Assembly (NCBI RefSeq): GCF_009914755.1
Contig: NC_060927.1
Length of the DNA stretch: 64,000 bases
Reading direction: 5' to 3' (one strand)
DNA from: the human T2T-CHM13v2.0 reference genome, Homo sapiens
The position numbers and the translations under genes were made by a program. The notes under the pieces were generated by a model. That model ran no database searches. It was not told the origin of the DNA and saw nothing but the letters and a program-made list of their open reading frames with translations. Positions within the stretch are counted from its first letter, which is position 1. Each line of letters begins with the position of its first letter. Positions 1 to 10,855 of the stretch are shown piece by piece.

Positions 1-115
1 CCATATTCTATTTATTAATAATGAGTCTCAAGTTCCAGCCTACACTCAAGAGGAGATCCCACAGGGGCATGAGGCCTAGGAGGTGGAGATCATCAGGGGC
101 CATCTTGGAGGCCCC
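1..115. mobile_element. MLT1-type (MaLR) LTR fragment
   Basis: ccagcctacactcaagaggag...aggaggtggagatcatcaggggccatcttggaggc resembles an MLT1 terminus. Confidence 0.45.
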
Positions 116-189
116 CTTCGTGTGCTTTTTGTGGTAACCAATTTACTTACACTTATTTCTATAATTTTATTTGGTCTTTTCTGTTTACC

Positions 190-365
190 ATTCTCTCCCT
201 CTCTCTCCTCTCCCCCTTTCCCACTTTCCCTAAGTCACCCCTACCAGTGTCTTTCTCCTTCCCCTCGCCCACCTCCCATCCTCTCACCTGCCTTCTACTC
301 TGGCTTCCGTCCTCCTTCCCCTCTCTTACCCCCTTGTCCTCTCCAGTCTTTCCTTCCTCATCTTC
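190..365. repeat. CT-rich low-complexity tract
   Basis: Near-pure pyrimidine run (ttctctccctctctctcctctccccc...). Confidence 0.7.
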
Positions 366-452
366 TGAAACAGCTGTTAGACACATTCTGGACCATCAGT
401 CTGTCTTCCACAGTTCTTAGCTTTTATCAGACTTTTTATCTTTGGGTTTGTT

Positions 453-686
453 ATTTTTGAGACAGAGTCTTACTCTCTTCTCCAGGCTGGAGTGCAGTGA
501 TGCGATCATAACTCACCGCAGCCTCAAACTCCAGGGACCAAAAAATCCTCCTGCCTCAGCCTCTCAAGTAGCGGGCATGTGCCACCATAGCCAACTAACT
601 TTTTATTTTTATTTTTTGTGAAGATGGAGTCTTGCTTTGTTGCCCAGTCTGGTCTCCAGCTCCTGGACTCAAGCAATCCTCCCGAC
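453..686 (-). mobile_element. Old Alu (AluJ-like), truncated
   Basis: tttttgagacagagtcttactct...ccaggctggagtgcagtg...ctcaagcaatcctccc. Confidence 0.9.
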
Positions 687-944
687 TTTTTATCTTTGTC
701 TTCTATTACTACATTCTTGCTCAAATCTCTGTACTTCATTTCAGTTTGATAATTTTTCCCTTGTTGTTCTCAGCTTAGAGTTTGTCTTATCCATTTCATT
801 TTTTATTTTGTAGATTTTAAATGTATAATCTTTACCTATTTGGTGGTTAGCCTGTTTCAGGTTCATAATTTCTTTTTTGTAAATCAGAAGTTACTTCGTT
901 TTACCTTTCTGAGCAACTTAAACATGCATATTTAAAATTATTCA

Positions 945-1242
945 TCAATTGGAGATTGTAATGCTAGCTGGATATCTGATGATGTTAAAGAATTCATGTT
1001 AAATTATTTTTGGTATGCAATAGTACTATGGTTGTGTTTTAGAAATTAAAAGTCCTTATTTTTTAGAGCAACATATTGAAGCTATGTAGATGAAGAGATC
1101 TGTAAGAAACCTGGGGGTGGAGAAGGTAGAGGGTAGAGATGAAAGAAGATCTCTTTAGTTTCTAATTGTTGAAGCTTGCTGATGGCTATCTGGGGTTTTA
1201 TTGTATTCTTTCTTGTGTTTAAATTTTTGCATAATAAAAAGT
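945..1242 (+). mobile_element. Old L1 (L1MC/L1ME-type) 3' UTR fragment
   Basis: ctggatatctgatgatgttaaagaatt...gttgaagcttgctgatgg...tttttgcataataaaaag. Confidence 0.6.
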
Positions 1243-4200
1243 TTTTTGAAATCCTTTGTCATATTGTCCTATAAAATTAATGTCATCTGGAGTGAATTCA
1301 TATTTCAGTTACTGCTTTTATTGGTAGCCTTTTTAGAAATTCTATTTCTTCCCATATTTGAGATTCAGTTTATAGGTTCATTTGGAGTGGAAAGTTCACT
1401 ATTTCTATTGTCACCTACACCTGCACCTCAGTGCAGGACGAGGTCTGATTTTGGCCTTCTGAGGCCTGTCTCCACAGTGGTCCTGGTGATATTGCAGAGC
1501 CAGGAACTGAGTGACTAGGTTCATTTGTGGTCCAGGGGCGGGATCTGTAGCTTCCAGGCTTTCTAGGTTTAAGTAAACTGAAAACCCTGGCCCTCAGTGG
1601 AGGTCTTCAGAAGTTTTTTATATCAGCTTCTTATTTTAGGGAGATCCCTAGGCTGCAGGTCGCCAGCCTGGCTTCAGGCCCCCGCTTGTGCGGAATGTGG
1701 TTTATTCTGACCCTGCACGATAAAGAGGGTTCCTGACTGCCTCTGCCTGCTCCAGACTTGGAGCCAGCAGGCCTGTGGCTTCAGCCTCACCCACTGCTTT
1801 GCATTTCTGTTTGGTATTGGACACTTTAATCTTGTTTTTGAACTTGTCCGTGTCTTTTTGTCATCTGTTCTATATTTTATCTGCCAGTGCTATGTGTTTG
1901 GAGTAGGGTAGAGGCATCAAAGTGTGAACTCACTGTGTTGTGTTGACTGGAGGAGGTCCTTGACCAAATCATGCAGATTCCCTCAATTCTCTATTCAAAG
2001 ACTGTCATCTGCTGAGTACATGTTCATAATGATGACATTTTACCTTTATATTAGAGTCAACATTCTTAATTTCAAAATTTTTCCCTGAAGACTTTCTTAG
2101 AAATCTCCTTAGGGAAAATAGCAACCCGCTAACCCTACAAGTGAGTCTGTCTTATGGTCTTCCCAGCACATCTCTCTGTAATTATTTATCTGCACACACA
2201 TTTGTGTCTCCCACTGGGATCTAAGCTTCATGATAGCAGAAATTCTCTCTCTGGCTTCCCTGTTGTGCCCTCAGCCCTTTTACAATTCTGTCTGTCACAT
2301 AGAGGTGTCCTTCATGGTGTTCTGGTAAGTGACGCACTCAGGCACTGAAACCACAGTTGTGCTGCGTGCTGCGTGGCCTCTCATGAGTGCTAGGAAGCCA
2401 ATTTGAGACTGCGGGGCAACTGTGTGGAGTGGCGGGTGCTGCCCAGTGTGCTCTTCCATACTTCACAGCCAGATCAGTGAGTGTCTGCTCTGGGCCAGGC
2501 ACTGACACACAGGCATTTGTGTCATACTCAGTTTCTACAGCCATTTTTCGTGTCACCTCCTGTCCATTGTCAGTCATTGGGATTGCATTCTAAATCTCAG
2601 ATGAGCAGAGCCAGTGGGCAGGGCTTTGTAGCAGATGAATTAGAGACGGTGAGCTCACCACCCTGGTGGCTCACTTGTGACGAAGCCAAGGTGTTGGGGA
2701 TATGGTGCACATCACGGAGTTTTCATTCAAGTGGGAGGCACAGCCTCATCCCTCTCCACACAGTTCATTTCATTCTTAACTGCTCAATTGTGTTGCATTG
2801 GACATGAATAGAAAAGTAGGCCTTGATGTCCTCAACGTTTCTTCCTGTTTGTGTGAACAGTCTCTAGCCTAAGGAGGTGCTGATGGCTAGGCATCTTCAC
2901 CCAACACTTTAGTCCTGCGTCCCATTCATCACATAGACGTCCTGCTGGCACAGGCCCTGAAAGCTTCAGGATGAGCATCCTGGTAGCCACGGCCCAGAGG
3001 AGGCATCGCAGTGTGTCAGTGGGATGGTGGTGGATGTGTGAACGCACCTCCTTGTCTCTGCTGCTTCACTTAACTGTAGAGAATGGCAGCTGAAGAGCCT
3101 TATGATGGTTTTGCCTTCAGATGTCATCTTCCTGCTTGGCTGGGACTGCTGGTCAAAAAATGACAGGTCCAGAGCCCTCAGAGACTTTCTTTTACTGGCT
3201 GTTTAATTGCATCAGACGAGCTTCTCCTCTCACTGCACCAGGGATTGGTAACAGTTAAGTGCTGGACCGCTGAGAGGCCCAGCGCAGATTAGCCGTGCTT
3301 GCATTCCTGGGACACAGCTTCAGCAGCACACTTTGAAAAGCCCTGTGAGAAATTCCTGGCATTTAGTCCCACTGTTTGTATTTAGCTTTTCTGAAGTGTT
3401 GGCATTCCAGAGGCATTCCAGAAGCCTTCCTGGCATTTTTAGATCCCCTGCAGCTGCCTGGGGATCCAGGTTACTACTTCTTCTCCCTTATACAGGTAAG
3501 GGGAAAACAGACAAGACAGCATCTTGCTCAGGCTTCCTAGAGGCCACTCAGTGATAGAGCCGATGTTAGAACTTAACTCTCAGGGGTTCAGCCAGCCACC
3601 CAAGCCCACTGGCCTGGTGTGGCCCTTTCAGCTGAGTCTTTCTCCTGGTGCTCTGCACTCAGGGGCACTAGTGAGTGGTCAGCTCTTATTACAGACCAAC
3701 CTGCTGGTGGTTCTGCAAGGTTCCCTGTCAGTAGGAGTAGCATTGCCAGGGAGATGGGCTTTCAAAAACTTGGGTTCATGTCTTACCCCATGTTTTTGAG
3801 TGATTCAAACCCATGTGCTGATACCATAGAGTGGCTTAAAAGGAAAAAGCTCAGGACTTGGAAGTCATATGAACTTAGGTTCACAGTCTACCGCTGGCTA
3901 GCTTGTGCTCTTGTGGGTAGTGAGGATTCAGTGTCATCAGGAGCTTAGCGGAATACCTGAGCGCACACAGCCCTAGCATAGGGACAGACAACAAGCAGTT
4001 GGTGTTATTCCTCCATACAGTCACAAAAGGCAGTCCTGAGCTCCCAGGCCCCTGTGACTGTCTCCATCCTGACCCTTAGTGTGGAGTTGTTCCACATTTG
4101 ACCCATGGAGGGTAGAGGCGGGCCCTGGGGCCTAGGCCTGGGAAGCCCCTGGAGACTCTGGGGACATGAGTATCCCAGTGACGGGACTTACATCCCTGCC

Positions 4201-4696
4201 TTGCCGTGTGCTGGTGACCCTTTATGGAGGTCTATTGAGACCTTGCCCACTTCTGTTGGGGTTTCCTTTAACCTTCTGTACAGCTATGCATCCCTTCCAG
4301 CTTTACACATCATGCCTGAGGAAGCTGGAGGTCAGGAACTTGTTCAAGGTCGCCTAGCTAATTAAGGGTGGGCTGGGTTCAACCTGACATCTGCCAGCCT
4401 CAGGTTGCTTGCCCTGGTGAGCTGAGCCCTCAGCCTAACTGGATCTGGAGGGAGGGCCCTTGGCCCTGTGCTCCAACAGGGACTCAACCATCCCCATCAG
4501 GCGGGTGAGGAAGCAGCGCCTCTCCAGCTGACTCTGTGCGTGTCTTCCTGCAGGCATGGATCCCTGCTCCTTCCAGCTCAGAGCATGAGGCTGTGGCATG
4601 GTGTGGTTCCAAGCATAAAGACACCAAGGCCAGCACATAGCTGTGTGGCTCACGGCAGCACACCCAGCGGCCGGACACACCTGCATTGACCAAGGT

Positions 4697-5000
4697 TCAG
4701 ACCCCAGCTACTCTCTGAATAGCTGTGAGCTTTCAGACAACTACTTAGGCCCCCTGTTGTCATCTGGCTTCTCATCTGTAGCAGGGGATCATGATGATCC
4801 CACCTGCCCTTTAGAAGTGTGGTAAGGATCAAAGGAAATAACTGTGGGAGAACTGTGAACAGGACTCCCATAATCAATAAATGTTATTTATCTGTGAAGT
4901 GGCTATAGTAATTACCCACCTTGAAGGATTGTTGTGAAAATTAAGCACAATATATGTGAATGATCTGGCATATCATAAGGTTTTCAACTCATTATTGCTA
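4697..5000 (+). mobile_element. MIR fragments (two adjacent)
   Basis: ggcttctcatctgta..., tctgtgaagtggctatagtaattacc...aggattgttgtgaaaattaag MIR core motifs. Confidence 0.55.
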
Positions 5001-5075
5001 CTGTTCTCATTGTGAATGTGAGCAGAAATGTCCGTCGCCTTCTCCCTGCAGCACCATTCCAGCACCATCGCTGCT

Positions 5076-5107
5076 GGCTAACGTGGGCTTTGTTCTCTTC
5101 CAAGCAG
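5076..5107 (+). promoter_or_regulatory. 3' splice site of the exon: branch point CTAAC (5078-5082), pyrimidine tract, tandem AAG/CAG acceptor
   Basis: ggCTAACgtgggctttgttctcttccAAGCAG|GCC seen directly. Confidence 0.85.
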
Positions 5108-5191
5108 GCCAGGGAGCTGGAGAGCAGAGAGGCAGAGCTAAGACGCCGTGACACCTTCTACAAGGAGCAGCTGGAGCGTATTGAGAGGAAG
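5108..5191 (+). CDS. CHCHD6: Internal coding exon (probably exon 5) of CHCHD6/MIC25, MICOS complex subunit; coiled-coil region upstream of the CHCH domain
   Basis: 84 nt = 28 codons, ARELESREAELRRRDTFYKEQLERIERK, matching my recollection of human CHCHD6 (...KSVRL-ARELES...ERK-NAEMYK...). Flanked by a polypyrimidine tract + CAG acceptor (5105-5107) and an AAG|GTAAGA donor; phase 0/0. Confidence 0.95.
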
Positions 5192-8100
5192 GTAAGACTC
5201 CTGCTTGGCTGCATTCCTCGGGGCCAGGTCCTAAAGGCATCTGACCAGAACACATCACTGTCATGGGGGGAGAGAGGAGTCCGCAGACCCAGTGCCCATT
5301 CGCCCAGATGCCAGTCACTCCTTGGACATGCCCTCCTGCATTCTGCAGCAGGCACCCAAATAGAGCCTTTCAACAAGTTGCATTCATGGAGATAATTGGT
5401 TTTTAATTGTCTCCCCCTGCCCCACCTTTTTTTGTTGAATGTGGCTGGCTCTACGGTAGTTCAATTTTAGAAAAAAATTCACTTTCACCACAGGGCGGTG
5501 CTGAGTCCCAGTATACCTTTTCCACTTTAGTTAAGCTGCATTTGGTAAAAATAATAATAACGTGATGTCTTGCTATACAAATACATTAAAGTTTTATTAT
5601 TGATTTTCTCCTGGGAGTCGGGAAGATCAAAGTGCACTACGGCTGCACACTCACTGCTTTTCTAAGGATAAGCCTTTGAAATGAATGAGATTTAAAAACA
5701 TATCATCATGCCTTTAAAAAAAAAAAAAAAAAAACCCCTACCACGACTCTTGAAAATTCATTTGGTAACTTGCTTATTTTTTGGTTTAATTTGTGGATCA
5801 TGACAGATTTTTCAAAGAAATGGCTTAAAATGTGGGAGGGGATGGTTGGGAGGTTAAAAAAAAATTGTTCCCCCTCATGCCTGAGACAGCATGCCAAGCA
5901 ACCTGAGCCATCAGCTTATTGCAGGCAAATCTTCGCAAATCATTTGTCATGGTTTGGAGCTTTGAAATTGACAGTTTGCTTGAGGGGCCTGATTTCCACA
6001 GGGGTTTTCTCCTGTGGCATGCCACAGTGGAGGCTGACAGAAATATGGGTTTCTGGATTTCCAGGCCATGGGGAAAAGAGGGAGGTTCTTCCTTGCCCCA
6101 TCAACACCTGCTTGTCCACCTTTGCCGGTGTTTAGGGGATGGCCAGAGTTGACATGCCATGAACACAGCGTGCTGATGGTGATATTCCATAGTCTGAGGA
6201 ATGGCAGTGCACCTCTGAGCTGCTTTCCGAGTGGCCCTTAACAAGTAAATCTTTCACAGAGCAGTCTCATGCACAGGTTTGACTGTAGCTTATAATGACA
6301 AGGATTGTGATTTGAGATCCCAGAAAAGGGTAAAAAAAATTCCACCAGCCATAGCTCTAATTATCACAGTTGCCGATATGTTCATAGGCACAGGGTTTTG
6401 GTTTTGTCTTTTTATTTGTGCAATTCTTTGGTCTCCTTTGTGCTCCCCATGTTTCCCTTCCTGGGCTTGGCTGCTAGAGGCATGTGTACATATCTCTGTT
6501 TCAGGCAGAAAGGAAAGAGCCTCGCAGCATTTTTGCCTCTCTAAAATCTGTTTTCCTCTTGTCATTCTCCCCTCTCATCTCTACCCTAGTTCTCCTCCTA
6601 GAAACCAAGTCTCTGCTTTGCTAAAGGAGAGGAAATTCTGGATGAGTCTTCTTGCTCTTCATTAAGTGAAGTCCAAACTCCTTGCATATGCAGGTGTGGG
6701 CTTTTTAAAAATCGAGGTTTCCTAGATGATTGTGAAGAGTTATTAAATGCTTCCAGAAGGAGGTGCAAAAGCATGATCTCCTTTCTGACTCTTAAACACA
6801 GCATTTTGCTGGTGATAATAAAAAAAAAAGGAGAGCACCTCCAACATCTCAGGAAATGGAGATTGGTGTGGGAGATAGGAGGATTAAAGGGGAGCCAGGG
6901 GGAGAGGCAGAAAGGAGGCAGAAGAATGAGGCTTAATTGTATTAGTTTTGAAAAAGGTTTTTGATCTTCTCCACGGATAATTTTATTCCTGTAATGGCTG
7001 GGAAGATGGAAAACACAGCATCTGACAATCTTTTTTTATTAGCTGTTGCTTTTATATGATTCCACTTTCATTTGTTGAATACTCGCAGACCTTGACATTT
7101 CCAGCTTCTGTACACACGGCTCCAGGACTTCCCAATCATCACATCCCTTTCCTTTTTCCCCCTATTTCCTTTAAGTTTAGAACTGACAGTAAAAACCTGT
7201 TTCGGGGAAAGTTGGATAAGCTGCTGCATCATCCTTGACCACCCAAAATAGCTCAGAGTACAGTCCCGGGTGAGAGCAGGTTGAGATGGGGAGGCTGAGA
7301 CCTGGGGCTGTTGGCCAAGCCATGGTGTATCCAAGGGGCTGGGTGGAATCCTGCGGCCGTCCACCGTGGAAGCTGGTCAGCCTCCACCTTCTACCTGTTG
7401 AGACTGGCAGGTAAGGAAAGCCTGCACAAAATCCAGACTCATTTTCAAGGAGGAAGAGACTTATGGACCCTTTTGTCTGCAGTATTTATTTCCTAGATGA
7501 TTATTCTTGAGCATGGAAATCTCATTTTGTAGGGCTCCTGTGCTTTATAATCCTTCTGAGTAATTGTTCCTCACAGCCACACTGCAAGATCTGAGTGAGG
7601 AATATTGTTTCCATTTCCCCATAGAAAGCAGTGAGCTGTTGACACAGACAGGGGCCTTGTGAGGGTCTTATGGCACCTGAAGAAGCAGCCTGAACTTTGA
7701 GTATGGTGTAACTGATGGAGTGTGGGCACCAGAGCCCATGAGCCTTGGCTCCCACACAGCAATTCAGTCACTGTGCCTCCTTTCAGCTCGGTTTCTCCAT
7801 CTGTAAAATGGAGATGCTAATGCTTTCTGCTGGGAGTTAATGGGAGGATTAAGGGAAATAACACCTGTAAAAGTGTTGGTGCGTGCTGGGCGCCTGGCAA
7901 GTGCTGGCTCCTTCCCTGGTGCACAGCAGTACTGGGGGCTCTGTTTCATGTCACAGTGCTTCAGGTTTGGATTAATGGATGAGCATGTGTGCATGCACAC
8001 ATATATGCATGCTGAGATGGATTTTTATCATTAAAGGTGGCCTGACCCCAACACCTGCTCTCTGGGATGGGGAAGCCTTCTCTCTGGGCTGCATCGGGCT

Positions 8101-8305
8101 TTTCTCTGATGGTCTTGCAGTATCCACTGGGCTGGGGCCATGCAATCCCCAGGTATGTCTGCACATCTGACAGTGTCACAGAACAAGGCCTTTGTCCATT
8201 TCTGTAGGCATCTTTGCACGGGACCCCTATTAACTTCAGTAGGGATGGCACCATGTTTGAGAGCTCAAACAAGAGCCTCAGAGCCGGCAAATGAGACATC
8301 GGGTT

Positions 8306-8897
8306 TTATTTGCAGAAAAGTTACATACAGGGACAGTCCAGTGGCAGTGGGATGGACAGGAGAACCGCAAGGTCCCATGGCCGGCTGAGCAAGCAAACCA
8401 CTGCTCACAAAGAGCATGTAGTTTCCATAGCATTTTCACTTAGCACTCTCCCTAGCAGGTTCTACCTGGCAACCTTCATTTAAACCCAGGGGTGGCCAAT
8501 CTCTTGGCTTCCTTAGGCCACACTGGAGGGAGAATTGTCTTGGGCCACACAAAATACACTAACACTAATGATGGCTGATGAGCTAAAAAACAAAAACAAA
8601 CAAACAAAAAAAATCACAAAATCTCATAATGTTTTAAGAAAGTTTATGACTGTTTTGGGCCACATTCAAAGCCTTCCTGGGCTGCATGCAGCCCCTGGCC
8701 CATGGGTTGGACAAGCTTGATTTAACCCAAAACAAAGGGCCTCAATGCCCTGTACAGCTGTGTTCCATGGATTTTCACTTCACAAGGGCCGGTGGTTCAG
8801 ATGTTCCTTGTAGATAAGGAATGGATCTCTGGGTTGGCCATTCCCAGATTCCTTAGCTCAGAACTCCAAACACACATTCAGGTGCATCTGCCATACA
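8306..8897 (-). mobile_element. ERVL-class solo LTR (MER54/MER73/MER74 group), interrupted by MER30
   Basis: gttcagatgttccttgtagataaggaatggatctctgggttggcc...aactccaaacacacattcaggtgcatctgccataca; shares a core with 34230-34310. Confidence 0.6.
8487..8719 (+). mobile_element. MER30 hAT-Charlie DNA transposon (MITE-like)
   Basis: caggggtggccaatctcttggcttcc...gatgagctaaaaa...gggttggacaagcttg; imperfect 8-bp TSD (tttaaacc / atttaacc). Confidence 0.85.
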
Positions 8898-10124
8898 GGC
8901 ACATGGACCAGGAAGGTGAGACCCTCGACTGCTTGTGCTGGCTTGAGTCATGGCCGCTGAACCCCTTGCCATCTTAGCTGTGCTCCCACTGCACACCTGG
9001 CTCCAGAGCCTTTGCTCAGTTGCCAGTTTGTAATTTTCTGCAGGAAGCAAAAGAAGTAGGAGTGGGATTTACTCACACCATGCCTGGATTCAGGTATTAT
9101 GGGGCTAAGGGGACTTGTGCCTCTTCAGAACCCCCACACTTTATCGTCTCCTAGTAGAAACCTTGGTGCTGGGTGGCTCTGAAGAAGACCCTGAGAGCCC
9201 ATGGAGTTGACCACTTGTGGCTGGCCAAGCCCTTGTCTTCAGTCAACCATGGAGCTGAGTAGGGTGGTAGGGATGAGTAGGCTTTGGGGTCCAGCAGACC
9301 TCAGTTTAGTTCTGCCTCAGTCATGTAAGCAGCCTTGTGACCCTGAGCATGTCATTATGTTCTCTAGCCTCAGTTTCCTTATCTTTGAAATGGGGATTTA
9401 GGACTAACCTGCCAGCTGTTTTGGGGTGAGTGGTAGTTTGTGTAAAGCAACCATCAGAGTACCTGACCTTAGTATCCAGTCCTCTTTCATGTTATTTCTG
9501 TCCTCTTCCTCCTCTTTAATAAATGCCTGGCCTTCATTTACTCCACATCAATTTAAGTCTGCTAAATGCCAGGTGCAGAGATGGCTCAGACAGCTGTGGC
9601 TCCTGCCTCATGAAACCCACAGTCAGGTTTGGGAGGGAAGGGAGATGCCGAGGATTAGGATGCCAGATGGGAGGATGCCCATATGCAGGCTTCCTGTGAG
9701 TAGAGGACCTCCCAGCTCTGTGAAACGCTTCGTCTCACTTTATCCAAACTCAGCAGCTATGAAGTGGAGAAGGTCTTTTTCAGGGTTAGCATCAAAAACC
9801 AAGTCAGGAAGAAAGGGAGAAATGTATTCTTCCTGGACTTTGTCTCCTTTCCCCAGGATTGAAGTCTTCCTCCCTGTACCTTTCAGATGCTTCCCTGCAC
9901 TGCCTCTGAGCAGTCAGCCCTTTCCCCCATTGTACTCCCTGCTGCCGATCGAACTTTCTTAAGAGAAGACCATCATCTGATCCCGAGAGCCCTGCTGTTT
10001 TCTCACTGACACCGCTCAACAGACGTCCCTATCCCAGGCACACTGGTCTCTGCCTTGTCCCTTGGTGTGTAGGGAAACACAAGCTACACAAGGTGTTTGG
10101 AGGAGGAATTAAATATAGGATTTC

Positions 10125-10855
10125 CACTTCACAGGAAAAGGAGTGGTCAGCAAATGTGAAAAGAGCTCAGCCTCACTACATATCAGGGAAATGCAAATTA
10201 CAACCACAACATGATACCATTGCACACTCGGAAGAATGGCCAAAGTGGAAAAGACAGGCAGCTCCAAGTGCTGGCAAGGATGTGGTTTAACCTAAACTCT
10301 GAGACACCATTGGTGGAGTGTAAGTTGGCATAGCCACTGTGGAAGATCGATAGCCAGCATCTTTTAAAGCTGAACATGGGTATGCCCCAGGACCTAGCAT
10401 TCTGCATGTGCCCCCAGGTTCACCAGATGTGCCCCCAGGTTCACCAGAAGAGAGGCTGTAGAATGTCCATGGTAGTGTCATTCACGATAGCCCTGAAAAT
10501 GAGGAGAGAGGCAAGTGCCGGTGGTATTCATGATAGAGCATTGCTGGCATGAAAGTGAGCCGTCCACAGCTGCAGGTGCTGCTGTTGGAACTCCAGACAC
10601 ACTGCTGAGGAAAGCAGCCGGGTAGGGAAGAGGACCTACAAACTGTGATTCCATCTACAGAAGGGGTGAAGGCAGCACAGCACATCTATGGTGTTAGCAA
10701 CTGGGATAACAGTTACCCTTTGGGGGCAGCAGTGACTAGCAGGGGTCATGTGGTGGCAGGGGCGGGGGCGGGGGGGAGGGGTGGGTAAGGCTTCCTTTCA
10801 TGACCTTGGTGTTAGTTACAGGTGTGTTCAGTTGCTGAGAGTTCATCTGGCTGTG
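10125..10855 (+). mobile_element. Old L1 (L1ME/L1MD) ORF2 end + 3' UTR fragment
   Basis: atcagggaaatgcaaattacaaccaca...aagtgctggcaaggatgtgg...gccactgtggaag; diverged. Confidence 0.75.

Noticed and set aside
5012-5395. 127-aa ORF as a standalone gene
   Set aside because: Only 5108-5191 matches CHCHD6 and is bounded by splice sites; the rest is intronic read-through.
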